A DNA stretch of 64,000 nucleotides. It comes from Bugula neritina. Its lineage: Eukaryota; Animalia; Bryozoa. Position numbers and translations under genes: made by a program. Of the stretch, positions 13,897 through 42,670 are shown in pieces (within the stretch, counting starts at the first letter, position 1; every line of letters begins with the position of its first letter). Under the pieces are notes generated by a model. The model was not told where the DNA came from and did not search any database. It saw only the letters and a program-made list of their open reading frames with translations. The stretch spans positions 11,108,698 through 11,172,697 of the forward strand of contig OZ037765.1 in the NCBI GenBank assembly GCA_964035545.1, in the 5' to 3' direction.

Positions 13897-16862
13897 ATGA
13901 GAGGTCTATTCATACTATTATGTTTAGTGCAGTGGAGCGTCAGTGATGTAACAGGACCATATAGATTACCTACCAAATGTGAAGGTGAATTGATTTTATG
14001 ACAAGCTAATGTGGAAGTTCTCGAACTTCCTCATTGATGTTATCTTGTTTAATATGTCAAAGTTTGTACTGCCTGCTTTTAAAGTTGCCTGTCATTTATG
14101 TACATAAGATAAATACTACATGACTATATTAAATGTTTGGTGATTAGTTTCACTCTCAAGTTGTTGCCATGTTGAAGCTGTATGTATACATAGAGACACA
14201 AAATATGCATTGTTTTATAACCTGTCACTGTCACCATTTCTTTAGTTGATTTGCATATATATTTTTGTGTTGTTGTAGTGTGTAAAATTTTTGTTCATGA
14301 ATTAAAAGATCGCCTTGTCAAATTAAATGAAAAGAAAGAAGTTTTACGACTAGGTCAAGGCTTGGATGAATCTAAGAAAAAAGCTGTGAGCTATGAGAAA
14401 TCGTGAGTTGTCTTTCCCATCATATCTAAAGTAAAGATCCAGGTCCTTGGATTTCCTCGTGGAAGAAACTCCATTAATTTGATTACTGAATCTTTACCTT
14501 TGGTTATCCAAAGGATTATGTAACCAATTACATATCCTTGCATTTCTGTCTCAGTTCAATGGCCTATTCAGACTATAACAGCTCAGACACACACACAAAA
14601 TAACTGAAAAATGGCTGACATTTAATGTTATGGTCTACTTTACTGCAAAGTGTGTCTGAGCTGTACTAGTAACAGGATAAATGGCTTATGTTTTGTTTTA
14701 TACCTTTGGCCATTGCTAATGGCTAATTTCACTTTGAAATTTTCAGAAAGAGGAAAATTTTAATGCTTCTCTTTTACTCCACTATAAGCAAAGAATATTC
14801 CACAATGAGTAAAGGTTTTCTCACCTTTTTTAAATTATAACAAGTATGAATTAGTTATAATAGTGATACAACTATTTAATTATACTGTATCACTATTAGT
14901 GTATGATTTTATGCCTAGAGTTATATAAAGTCATTAATAATGTTAAAGAAAGAGCATTCAACCTTAACAATAGAATCATGTCGGCTTTAATATCCGACTA
15001 TTTTCGGAAAAGACCTGGTTGATGATAAATTTTGCTAGCAGAGTTTTGCTGTTCCAGTTGCTTTTAAAAGATGTAAAATTGCAAGTAAGGTTTAAATAAA
15101 TTTTATAAATATTTTTGCAGTGAGCTGAAACTCATTGAGGCAATTCACGAGCCTCACATCTGTGATGAAATAAAGAAATACAACGTGCATGCTGAAAGAA
15201 TTGGCTCACTTCGATATGCCAAAGGGATGAGTGAAACTATGTCTACCCTCCACGGTCTGAAGTAAGCTTCCGTTATCAAAGCAATGTTGCATACCTAAAA
15301 TGTTTTATTATCAAGTTCATCAGGCTGTCCATGTTATTAACATCTTCCCCACTTTGGCTTGTGGAGATGTTTACAAAATTTATAGGAAATTTGCTTTTTG
15401 AGTATACTATTTATTCTGGTAAAATTTACCAAGTTGGAAACCTTCAAGTTAAATCTTTCAACTCACGTTTGAAATAAAAAAAACCGTTGTACTAAGTAAT
15501 TTTGAGCTTTCTTTATGTATGGTTTAGCTTTGTTGAGAGTGTCACAGCTTTCTAGCTTATTAAAGCCTTCCACTTTGTTGCAAAATATTAGCTGTTGAAA
15601 AAGGTGTTATTATAATTATAATGTTATGAAAAATCAAAACCCACTTTCCTCTAAAGATGTAGAAATTTCAACTTCTAGTTGAGTTATGTAGTTGCCTCAC
15701 TCTTCCTCAAGATGCTGCTGCCAAATAGAGTAAATTTTTATTTATGAAATTTTATGCAAGTAAACTTTTTTGTTATTTTTCTTCATGTAAAGTGCTTGTC
15801 ATAAAATAGAATCCATAATTATGTGAACACAGTGATGATGTACTAAAAATATTAATTATGTAAACAAGTTTTGAGTAAATTGTCAACTGCTATGTAATGG
15901 TCAACTGAGTCAACTGATATTAATAAATATTATAAATTGATGCTACAGCTGAATTTCTGACCCTTAATTTAGTATTGTGTTTGGTGTACCAATTGCTTAG
16001 AAGGTATGTATGCTAAAAATTGTTGGAATTCAAACTTTTGTCCACATGGAAAGCCGATTTGTATGGAAGTTTAAGAGTTGTCCTCACTCAACATTAGGTG
16101 GACAATTTCTAAACATGATATTTATTTCCAGGAATAAAGGAGTGAAAGTTGAGCTTGGAATTCCTGATGAGCTGTGGGATGCACCAAATGCAGAGATTGG
16201 TCAGATGACTAGAGAATGTTATACTATGGTGGAAGACCATGAAGAGAGCATAGAGGATTGGTACTTTGGTGACCAGACTCAAGATCTGTTAACATATTTA
16301 TGCAAGGATACGGTGCTGGAAGGAGAAGAGCAAGGTAAGGCATGGATACAGAACCACTAATCTGGATGAAAAATATGGTTATTTTATTATTTTGTAAAGA
16401 GATGTAAGTAATATGGTCAGTGTGTCAAGTGCCTGGTTTGTATCTATGGATAATAATATGCTGCCGTGACAAATTGCTACTAGCCAACACACAGCTTTTA
16501 CTCTGCACAATACTGATGCACTGGTTTATTGGTTTAGCTATTTTTGCATAAAGGCTTGGCTGAAATGCTATTGTAGGTTTTAATTTGTTTTGGTTTGCTT
16601 TTACCATCTTCTTTTAAAAAATTGTCTTGTATGTGATTACAACTTCATATTTTTCAACAGTGTATTTTAATTATTATATATTTATTATGTGTACAGTAAG
16701 GGCAGTTCATGTAAAAGTTACAAAAGGACCCATATGTTACAGTATCAAATTCCAATATTTCTAACTTTTATAGAGTGTCTGAATGAAAAGTGGACAGGAG
16801 TGGAGCGAGTAGATTCAAGCAGTGATAAAAAGACAAGTACACGTCTTAAAGGAGAATTATAA
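13897..16862 (+). CDS. Canopy family ER saposin-like protein (CNPY3/CNPY4-like), 5 coding exons
   Basis: Exons ~13897-13984, 14279-14402, 15121-15261, 16132-16333, 16774-16862. It has a signal-peptide-like start MRGLFILLCLVQWS, then [51 protein letters not shown] and EESIEDWYF, and ends in the KDEL-like ER-retention signal KGEL*. Confidence 0.92.
14578..14664. repeat. Short inverted-repeat element (15-bp arms) in a CNPY intron, possible tiny MITE
   Basis: ACAGCTCAGACACAC ... GTGTGTCTGAGCTGT. Confidence 0.55.
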
Positions 16863-17083
16863 ACTCTACGTCACAATGTACACAGTGTATATAATGTTAA
16901 AATGCTCATAAAACATATTTTTACATAGTATATTACTTCAGTTTGCCCGTTACAAGTTGTGTTGTAAAATTGCATTGTTCCAATTGTTTTGAAGTTGAAG
17001 TTGTTGGCTACCAGGACTTCTTTAGAGAATAAAATGACTGGTTATAAAGGTGCTCATTACTCTGGTGTATAGCATGATATAAA

Positions 17084-31164
<14,081 letters not shown>

Positions 31165-34100
31165 GAACTATTACTATTAGTATTACTACAACAGTAGGCG
31201 GAGTGAGTACAAGTACAGGATGAGGATGGCTAGTAGCCTAGTACTAGTGGTAGTAGTACTACACTAGAAGTAGTATTGTAAAACTCAAGGTAAATGTAAT
31301 TGTATGATGTATCACTATCAGTGAGTATGTAAAACTAGAAGTAAGTATAAAGTTTAAATCTAATGCAGCAAGATCAAAAGGTAAAAACAATGTGGTAATA
31401 TTTATATTGATTAGCACAGCATCACATAGAAAACTATATCGTTCAATTTAATTACGGCTTTATAGAAAAAAAAGTTTATTTTATAATATTTCATTTATTT
31501 GACTACGTGATTTTCTTGGGTTTTTAGTACTCGAGTACTACCGCATGTCTCCTTGGCCTCGCGGGGATCTTTACGGCGACAACCAGTCGAACTTCAATCG
31601 TCTAAATACATGATTATTGACAATTGTACATTTATATTTAAAACTATTTTTTCCTATTTGAACAGTTAAAAATACCACATCCAAACATTGAAATAAGTTC
31701 AAAACCTGTTGTTTTATTTTGTATTCAACATCAAATTTTATCCGCTATAGCCTACACATATCCCAGTTTCATTTCGGGTGCAAAGGTGAAGGCTGTATTG
31801 TATATTTTAGTCCTTGACACAACTTCTATTGTGAAGTAAATTATATTCCTGCGCTTCAGTGATAATTTCAGTCGCGCGTCACAAATAGCTGTGACTAAGA
31901 ACTAAGAATGTTTATTACAGTAAAAGACGAAGCAACGTCAACATCGTATCCCAATTAATTGTTTACATCCTGTAGGATTTATTAATAAAAGAAAGTTTTG
32001 CAGTAAATATGCTATGATACAGAATTATACCAACAACTATTTATTGAGATTTCTTGGCATGTCTGGAATTTAGCTTCATTTCTGGTATTAATAACTAACT
32101 TAATTAAGCCTATGGACTTTAGCAGAGGAATAGATTTGTTGTTCTTTCATATATATGAAGCACAATCAGCATAGCTTATCACCCTAACTTGGAATAACTC
32201 AATAGTCAAGTGAAGCAGGAATCTATGGTTTATCCAATAAAATTCAAACTTCAAGTAAAAAATTTATAGTTGTATAGTTATCATTTATTTTATAGTTATA
32301 TTAATAACGACAATATCATTAATATCAATATTATATATTTCTTATTGTGAAACCTGATTGCAACTATAGGTATTAATATCAACACCCTTTGGCCAAGTAC
32401 TAAGCCAATAGACATATAGCAAAACTAGTAATACGAGTAGTATATGCATTGGCATTGCTGTTACATGCCTGCTGCTCAAAAATTTTAAAATCATGCTTTC
32501 AAAATAACTTTGAGGTCACAAAAACTTCAGCTTGAAATTGCACATTTTTCATTTGCACAATAAAACTTGCACATTTTCTTATAATAATATTTATTATAGA
32601 GATTGACAGTTTGCTTATCTGAACAATAGCACATAGTATAAACAAAAATGTTCATTGTTTAATGAAATAAAAAACAATTTAACCTATGTTTTAACAGCTC
32701 TTTGCCTGAAAGAACTAGAAACTCAGGACTCTCTGATTTCAGCACTGTATAAGACTTCTCCATGGTGATCCCCACTATACTATATGTCATAGAGTCCAGA
32801 GATTTACTTTACATGCAGATACATAACACACAAAGTATGAGATTTATCTTCTGATTATAAATTAATTATTAATAGTAATATAGTATTAGCATAACTACTA
32901 GCTACATGTAGATAATAAAATGTTACCCACTGAGCAGGATGGTAATATTAATAGTTAATTCAAGTTTTGTTCAAATTCTAAATGATATAAAATTATTATT
33001 TTTGTGGCAATTATACTAATAGGCTAAAAGTTAAAGCATGCAATGTTAGAATAACCCATGTCTATTAAATAATTCTTGTTTTTATATAATGTTCATTTTA
33101 CTGATATAATTCTTTGTGGTTACATAACTTAATAGCTTTTACCTATAGTAATCAAGTTTAAAGTCAAATCTAAGCTCAAGCAATTTTACTATCTAATCTG
33201 CTATAGAGTTGTATATTATTAAAATTGACAGTTCTAATACTGACAAAGTTAAAGCTATTATATTCGAATTCATCATTGGTTAAGATTGCTGAGAGAATTT
33301 TACTGCAATAATAGTGTGGTTTCAATTAGAATAAATTTCAAAATTCCTCCAATAATCAGTCTGTAACTCATGCAAATAACAAAAGTGAAATGGAAAACAA
33401 ATATAAATCAAAAGACACTTTATAGTTACAAATTGTGGCATCCTCAGACAAATTTCTTTCAATAAATTCAATACAAGTGCGGTTGAACGGCCAGAACTAA
33501 TGTTGATGGACATTGACATATAATTAGGAATACTACTTTAAATAGTCATGCAGTGTGCAAGAAATCTTTTTAGCTAATATTACCAACTATCAACAGCAGA
33601 TTGTGCATATTTTCGAATTTGCTATCACAAATATATTATATCATATTATTGTCAAATAACTACATTAATTTGCATTTGTTGTATTCACTAGCAGTAATGA
33701 TAATAAACCAACAACTGAATTTATTTGTTTTCTGACATTCAAATATTACATAATGGTGGAGAAGAAATTGGCTATAACAATTTGGATGTTTTTTAGCTGG
33801 ATAGTCAACTCAATAGGCTGTTTTATTAGAGCCATTATGAGGTCAAGTTGTGTTTTATGTTTGGTTAGAACATTCTTATCTAAATATTTACTGTCTTTAT
33901 TTTATGTAGTGCATTAATGCGATTGTCTAAGTGTGCAGTTCTTGCTTTATAACATTTAGCATGCTAGTGCTCTTACTATTACATAGGTGAATTCACACTG
34001 TAATGTCATATTTTATCAGTTTAATTAGTGATCTACAAAAATGTAAGGAATAGGATTTACAAAAACTTATTTCCCAATAGCGCTCGTCAACATTTAAACG

Positions 34101-35856
34101 GGCCTCAAATGCACTCCCAGTAACATTTTTTCCTTTCAAGATGTCACAAAAATGTAAAATAAGGCTTGTTAAAATAGTAGGTATAAAATGGATACACCTA
34201 AATTGGTTTAAAAGCTCAGTAAAACTATTTTCTATTTCAAAAATGCAAAGAAAAGATGTAACGGGTCACTAGTTGTAATAGTATTAACGTATTAACATTT
34301 AGGAAAGTTTAGTGAGGTTAGCCCATTGCAAAATTTTTCAATTTAGTAATTTAGTGTTTTGAAATAGGATTGTGGAGCACTAATTTGAAATGATTAAAGT
34401 GAAGTTTAATTTAAAAAATAATTAATTAAGATAAATTACTTGCCTAGTTGTAGCAAATAAAGCACTTTAAAATTATTGATTGCTGTAAACTATCAGATGC
34501 AAGTAATTGGTTTTGCATAATTTTCTCACAAATAAGATTATTTTAATTATATTATGGTGCTCCCAGCTTTATTTAACTCTCTTCTGCCATATTGTTATAT
34601 CTATAGTTGGTTGCTTTTTTCCCTAATCTCAACTTTCGAAATGAAATGCTATATGTGTTCGGAATCAAAATTAGATAATATTTTTCGACTTATCGAAGCT
34701 AAGTTTAAATACTTGTTTCAGGTGAAATTTACAGAATTTTCAATTCATTATCATTTTGAACATCAATTACTTTGGCTTTGATATATGCTATGTATTGGAG
34801 GCGAATACTATTTGAAAGTTGGCCAATTACTTTTTGTTGTTATACCAATGGCTGAGCAGTGCACAAATCGTTATTGCAGTGTTTATCTGCAAACCGCGTT
34901 CAATGGAGCAGAACTGCAGCCCGCGATCAATGATCAATGAAGCAGAGCCTAGCAATGTTATTCAACAGCCTTCAATAGTAATCATGGTGTGACACGGTCA
35001 TTGTTATTGTGAATCAGCTGATTCAAAGTTGCAGCGAGTGATTTCCCCTAGGCCTGCTACGCGATTGGTCAATATTTTTAGTATATAATATCGCGATCAA
35101 GCACGCGCAAGCCAAAACAACTACAGCTACTAGCGAGAGTCAACCAGTGCAAAGCCTTCTACATTCTGATAGTGCGTGGGAAGCTGTGAAAGACTTCAGG
35201 AAAAAATATCCAAGACTTTGAATACCCACCAACACAGAAGATTTCTGCACCAGGGCCTATTGATCTAAATTCACCATTTCTACTCAAAATCCTAGAGAAT
35301 AACTGACAACACTCGAACGACTAAACGAAAGGGTAAGTACTAGTACTAGTAGTTTCTTTAGCCTGAAAGTTGGTGGCTGCTGTTAGATGGGTGAGGTAAC
35401 TAGGGCTTGGTGCTTTCACGGCTAGCATTAGAGTACTAACACCATGCACCCAGTATATGCGTGTTAGTGTGAGGCACAAAATGATTGTTTATACCTAATT
35501 GCAGGAAAATTCAAGTGTCAGTGTGCTATGCACCGATTTAATCTCATCGATTTGGACATGTTCTTCACTGGTTTGTTGCTGCTTTCAACCTTCAATGACC
35601 GTGTTTTCAACAGACCCTTCAAACTAAGCTGCGGCTGAACTCAGACGTAGAGATGGTAGTGTGGTAGGTATTGGCAGGTAACCCGTAACGTAGTACTTAG
35701 GTAGGCCTTGGGCGGGAGGGAAGTGGGTGGGAGGGTGAGAAAGTGTACATAAATATGTTATCCTGCTCTTTTTCAATTTTAGGTGACCAAAGAGTGTCTA
35801 GACCTTTCCAATGCTAAGAACAGTTCCATTCCGTAGACAAATTCAAAGTTTCCAAA

Positions 35857-38800
35857 ATGCTACGTAATACAAATGACAAGAGGGCGCCTTGTGCATCACC
35901 AATCAACACAATACAAGAAGTATTAGACTGGCAAGACTCAGATGACTACTATGTTGGGGTGGCTCCACTCGAGCCCACACACCGGCTAGAAGATCGCCCT
36001 AAAACACTAGTCTGTCACGATATGGCTGGAGGATATCTGGAAGACAGGTATTCTTATGTTATACATCTTTCTGCAGCATAAAAAGTATAAGCAATCTAAT
36101 TTATCTGCAAATACAAATTCAATTTGTCTACATCCTGTAGTTGGGAGTTGTGTCATCAGCCAACTCTTCACATCTACCAAAATAGATTCATTTATATAAT
36201 TAAAATTTAAGACAAATTTAGAACCAGCCAAATTAGAAATAGAAAGAGCTAAGACTGATGACTGTACCATTTACTTAAAAATTCTTTAAATATTCTTCTC
36301 TGCTACCAGTTTGAGGATTCCTGGCTTTCAATACTATAAACAAATGAGTATAAAAATTATAGTGTTGGTGATTACTAGAATCAAAAACTCTCAAAAAAGC
36401 AGTTCTTCTATTTTAAGTTTGCATCAGTAAGATTCAGTCTCTTTTACCACGCCTATGCTCATGAGCAGCCACTGCTAGTATACATAGGATTTCACAATGC
36501 TGTATAAGCTTAAAATATGCTGCTGGTAGTTATATTATGCCACTGCATTGCACAGTGTAACATGCAGTTCTAACTTAATTAGTAGAGCTTATGATTTGCT
36601 CCCTAGTTGAAAAATTACAATGCTATTGAGCACTACTAGTGTTGGCATACTTCATGCTTAAGTTAACAATCAATACTTGCTATTGATCTTTCATAAAGTA
36701 AATCAATATTTTTCTATTGCAGCATATTATACAACTCTTTACATTCTGAACCTTTGACCAATTTAAGCAAGCTCGATAGAAAAAATAGTGCTATTATATC
36801 TTTGAACAAAACATCTTGTTTGCATAATATTGCTTTCATCACAACCAGTATTGCTTATCAACCTACGTTATACAAGCAAGCCAGTTTCATTCTGTTTAGA
36901 GCAAAGTTATATTTCACTCCCACAAAAATCCCACCAGTTGATTTGATGAGCTACTAAAAAGTCCGTTTATCTTGTTTGGTCATGACAGCTATTGTTTGCC
37001 CACGGCTGTTTAATTTGTAATTGGTTTACGGTAACCTATTTATAGTATCGGTTGCTGAGTGAATCATCGTAGCCTTTCAACGGTTCCAAGTTCAGTCATC
37101 GCTGGTTAATTAGAGCAAGCCCAGCGCTTGTACTGTTCCAGTGCAATATAGTAGCACTATAATAATATTGTTGATCAGCTGTAGTGGATGAACACGCCCA
37201 TCATACTTATCCAGGGTAGCTAAATACTAGCGAGTACCAAGTGGTTAGTAATGCATACTTAGCAGTAACCAACTAATAATGCGTTTTCCAGAAAACCAAA
37301 AATTTTATCCCGTTCTATCCCATTTATTTATAGATTTGTGCAAGGGTCTGGAAAATACGATGCCTACAGATTTTATCACTGGCATTTGGTTGACTCATTT
37401 GTATACTTCAGTCACCATATGATAACTATTCCACCTCCATGCTGGATCAATGCTGCACACAAGCACGGTGTACCTGTGTTAGGTGAGTGCTAGCTTATGC
37501 ACCATGTCAGGACAATATATCTGCAGTTCAATATGTCAACAACCTAAAATAGTGTTGATAAAAACCACCAAGTACCAACAATGCACTTGACTTTTATCTT
37601 AATGGTAAAATTACAGTAACTTTAACACCAAGTTTATCAAAATGTCAATATTAACTGTACATGGTGCAATTCTCGACTCTTGAAATAAGTGAAAAAATAT
37701 CTTATTAATAAAACATTAGGCTTGCTGAAAACTGTACACACTTGACAGTATCGCCATCACTGTAGCAGTAGCAAATTTATTTCTACACCTACAAATCCTC
37801 AGCTGCAGGTAATATTATTCTCTAGCTTATTCAAGTTTCTAAAGCTGCATAATTATGCTTTAGCTGGCAGTTAGCATGGGCATTGCTCTACAGCCAAATC
37901 AATAATTTCACAATCTTAAGCAAATCAAAAGCCAGTTTTAAAAACTGATAAAGAATCTGCCAACGTAATGAACTTTGAACTGCAACTTGTTATCTTATCA
38001 GAGAGTTCCGTGAACAGTTATCTGTAATGTCAACAATGCTTTCCTTCAGCTTAAGAGTCTTGGTATGCAGGTTAAGTTGGATGAAGATGTGGGATGACAG
38101 GGTACCTGCTGTGGGCTGTCAACCACCTGGTATTCCCATGCAGCTTGCGTAAAAGATGTTGGCTTTATTCACTCTCGCTAACAAAAAGTTAGTTATTACG
38201 TACTGCTTCCCACCCACCTTTCGCATCATCACTTGAGTGATTTACTATCTGTAGGTACCTTCATCACAGAGTGGGAGGATGGATACAATAAATGTTCCAG
38301 GCTTCTTGCAGACCCCTCCCTGATTGAAAGATTTGTTGATCAGATGGTAAACATTGCTGCCCACCACTCTATGGATGGATGGCTCATAAATATAGAGAAC
38401 GAAATTCAGGTATATTACTGTACTGCATTATTGTGTTCATAAACCCCATTAATATAGAGGAAGTTGTGAAGTGGTGCTTAATTCTGTTAGTTTGATGTAA
38501 TCTGGTTATATATTGACCTTACAGTACGACCAGATTGATAACCTGGTGATCTTCGTCCGGCTCCTCACACAAAAGATGCACAGGATGATCCCTGGCTCAC
38601 AAGTCATTTGGTACGACAGTGTCACAGTTAATGGTGATCTTACCTGGCAGAATGAACTGAATGATCTCAACAGGTAATTCTTGTTTGCAAATTTCTCTTT
38701 ATAAGGTATTGTTGGTGTATAGATAAATTGCTGCAGGATATAATCATTATGATAAATTTCAAACAGCCAAGTAAATATATGAAGTAATACTTCTGAATAT

Positions 38801-41800
38801 CCCTTCAGTATGTGAGTAAGCTAAACATGTGGATTTGACTTCAACAATCATTGGTGCATGCAAACTGTTTGTCAACATGAGGTATTATTGACAGTGAATC
38901 ACGTATTGCTACACTTTCCCAACCCAACATGCCCCTTATATCAATAGTATGCTAACAATAAACAATCTCGCAACTGACCACATGCTCTGTTTACTGAACT
39001 GCTAGTCTATGGTGCTAATTTATGACGTATATTCTGTTATTTTTGTGTAGCATCTTCTTTGACGAGTGCGATGCTATATTTCTCAACTATACTTGGACTA
39101 ATGAGAAGCTGGTCAACTCTGCCATAAATAGCGGCACCAGACTTCATGATGTATTTGTTGGCATTGATGTGTTTGGTAGAGGAATGATTGGCGGTGGTGG
39201 TTACAACACCAAAGAGGTAAGATAATTCTATATTTCTATATTTAGAAAATAATAGGTTGATTCAGTTACCATGATTTCTAAACAAATGATATCATTGGCA
39301 ATAATAGCTCTTAATGTTTCCAAAATGATGTTTTCTTTACAGCATTTAATGTGTACTATTCATGTAATTACAGGCATTGGCCTTAGCAAGAAAAGCACAG
39401 CTGTCTATTGCGCTGTTTGCTCCTGGCTGGGTGTATGAAGTGAACGGATCCAGAGAATTTGATGCTAATGAAGAAAGGTATTTGCACATTGCTCAGCAAA
39501 TATTTTGTGTTGTTGTGCTACCCTTTCGTAATATGATAATAAGTGTGTTGTTGTCCTGAAAAAACCTAATCAACATGTGATGTATGCAGCACTGTGTCAA
39601 ATCATTCCTTTTCCTTTCTCAGCTGTTGGGTATTCCCAAAATATCCCCTCTATTTATAGTCTGCGTAGCCTTTTGCATTGCTAGTGGTAATTTCTTATTG
39701 AATTGAGGTTATTCAGTGTGGTATGTTTCCAACCTATGTCTGCTAACAATATTGTCTTGTGTCGTATAGCTCTGCTCCTAAAACTCTGATTGCTTGCTCT
39801 ATGATTTCTGTTGCTGCTTCATTGGAATTATTCATTTATTTTAGCGTTTTTAGATTCTGGTACTACCTCAGACCCTACTTACCAATGCACGTCAGCTGCA
39901 GCCTGCCACTCTCATCTACGTTCTGCCAAGGATGGGGCAAAAGAACTTACATGCATGGACAGGTAAATAATCTACCTTATTTCATCATATTGCATAGGTG
40001 TGACTTGTGTATACTGTCTTCACGTGTGACGCCATTTCACCCAAATATCAAACAATGCGCATACCAGATTATGCTGATAAGCTGCTTTTTCTTATTGGGG
40101 GGACAAAGTGTACAAATACATTTTTTCTTATCAATAAATAACAACTCAATAGGTAGCTTGCAAAGTTGGCCAGGGATGTTGAGCACCCTATTGTCTAGTT
40201 GAAAGCGCATGCTCTAGATAAATAAATTAGATCTTGACACTAAATGATTTGCATGGTTGCAAATTCACACCTGATGGAGGTGTATTCAGAATCTGTAATA
40301 CTAACTGACTGTGCAGCGATTAGCCCTGGCACTTACTTATATGTGACATTAAGTGGCAATACGATTTGCATTATTATAATCTCGTTATTAATAGGCAGTA
40401 TCAAATGATCCATGGAGCAATTTGAGTATGCAGCAACCTCAGCCCACATTGACACACAGTGAAATGGGATACAACCCTCATCAACAATACAAATGGCTAC
40501 ACTTAGAGGATGGGTTTTTGGGAGGTGGATCTATGAGATTTGTTGGCCGATTACCCAACTCTGGATCTCCATTAACATATAGGTGAGCTGTGACTGCAAT
40601 AATAGAAATATTATATGTTTGCGCAACAATATATTTTCGTTCTGTAATATTTTAGGCTAATTTATTGTCATGTTATTTTAGACTGTTTGACACAGCAATC
40701 AACATGAGTTCATCAGTATATGTCAGTTACTCACTCAAGCAAATGCATATGGATGCTGGAGCCAACCTCTTCATTTACCTTGTGTTGAATAAGGTAAGTT
40801 GCACAGTGCCAGCTTCTCACATGCAAAAAGTTGATTTTCAAAAGTTTTCGTTCGTGTCATTACTCTTTTTTTAACGCTAATAACATACCTGAAGAACATT
40901 TATTTGTTTTATTTCCTATAGTCTCTGTCGCAATAATTGTGTACTAGTAATGATTAGACAAATCCTTATTCTCAGGTGATAGAGAACATAACTCTTCATC
41001 AATGCTGTAGGTTAATCAACCGCTTTTTACTTGATGCCTATAATGTGTGCTATTTCAAAATTTTTAGGATGAAGGTGAAAAGGAAAAAAGAATATTGCTG
41101 CCAGTTGAGCACACTGTTACAACAATATATGCAGGGGGTGACAACGATACCACACTGCAATGTCTAGACGACTTAGATATTCCTCCAGCACTCCAGTTAC
41201 CAGTTAGCAAGGGGAGGGAATACAATCAGTGGCAATGCAGGTAGGGACTTTGAATATTGCTATCAATCAGCTGTCTTGAGTGTAGGATTTTACTCGTTAC
41301 CTTGCACTCACAGCTTTTACGATTGAATAAATTGACAAACTTCAACACTGTTACATTGAACCTTCTTTGGCAAAAAAATTGGGTATCGCCAGTTTCATTC
41401 ACGTTTGTAATGCATATACTACAATTTTCTTGTATGGTATGGTGCGGTTTCGTGTACTGATGTTGTGTGATGTGTTTTACAGAGTCTTCCACATAGATAT
41501 GGATATACTTGATGGTAGTATCCTTGATGAAGTTGGTTTAATGGCATACACAGATAATGAGGAGCCACTTATGTTGAACGTTCTATTGGGCAACGTACAA
41601 ATTATTTCTGCTGAAGATGTCACACTTTGCCCATCCTCTGTAATGAATATAACATGTGACCAAGTTACCATTGATAATCTCTCCACACGTTCAGATTTGC
41701 TTCCTAGTGAAGAATCTGGAGCAAAATCTCTTTCAATGAGACTGCGATGGCTCCAACCAGAAATTATGGCTGACGTTACATCATACCATATATGGTAAGT

Positions 41801-42134
41801 TTATTACTTTCATTATAATTAACTTGAATGTGTATAGCTTTTAGAAAGTTATGTTGCAATAAGATATATAATATAATATTTTTCGACCTCGCTGTTTTAG
41901 ACTCCTACTATATATCGTGTCTGGTACATAATGATCTTATTTTTGTTTTACAGGTACTCATTGAATGGTGCAGATAGAGAATGGCTTGGCTCTACATACA
42001 GCAACAAATCGTATATTACTAACCTTGATGTTCATGGTGAACATGGTTGCATTACCTTTACTGTTCAGCCACAGTACAAATCAGGAATCATTCAAGATAT
42101 AAACAAAGCAGGCACATATTCTTTTAAATACTAA
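35857..42134 (+). CDS. ENGASE: Cytosolic endo-beta-N-acetylglucosaminidase (GH85), ~12 coding exons
   Basis: Exons ~35857-36047, 37334-37482, 38255-38409, 38525-38672, 39051-39216, 39374-39477, 39854-39962, 40395-40582, 40682-40793, 41069-41240, 41482-41794, 41953-42134. GH85 motifs are TLVCHDMAGGYLEDR, FVYFSHH..TIPPPCWINAAHKHGVPVLGTFITEW, catalytic DGWLINIEN, VIWYDSV, IFLNYTW, VGIDVFGRG and ALFAPGWVYE. Confidence 0.94.
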
Positions 42135-42670
42135 AATTTATTTTACAACCTTGTAAAAATAAAAACTGAGCTTGCATGTTTTCTAGTATGAATTGCGTTT
42201 ATATTTTGGTGGATATTCAAATGTTTATTTTTTTAGCAACTGTTCGTTGTCAATAGGCAACAATTCTACTGTAGTTTATTTGTACATTATACACTCAGCT
42301 GGTCTTTCATGGATCTTTTTTGATCACAAAATACTATAAAATCAGCTTGTAAATACTTTTAAGTCTAAAGAAATTTTCCTGTTTTAGTCAGTTCTACATA
42401 CCTGTGGTGACCTCACTTTTATAGACATATTTGCCCAAAATATTATCTGCTAATCTAGGCCGTATTTCAGCAGTAATTTTTGCTGCAATGTAAAGTTAAT
42501 TTATATTTTTGTGTATGCATTATAAATTTGCTGCCTATTCCATTGATCCTCAGGATGTTTTACTCATCCATGAAAATTTGTTTTATTCTTTTTTATTGTG
42601 ATTCATGTCTTAAGAATAGTTTTCTTGCTTTTAATTTATCTATGTGATGCAGGAAAGTTTTTACATAGGG

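Noticed and set aside
32420-34275. ACTAGT-containing ends suggestive of a Helitron/Helentron-like element
   Set aside because: No supporting subterminal hairpin or second copy was visible, and ACTAGT is very frequent in this window.
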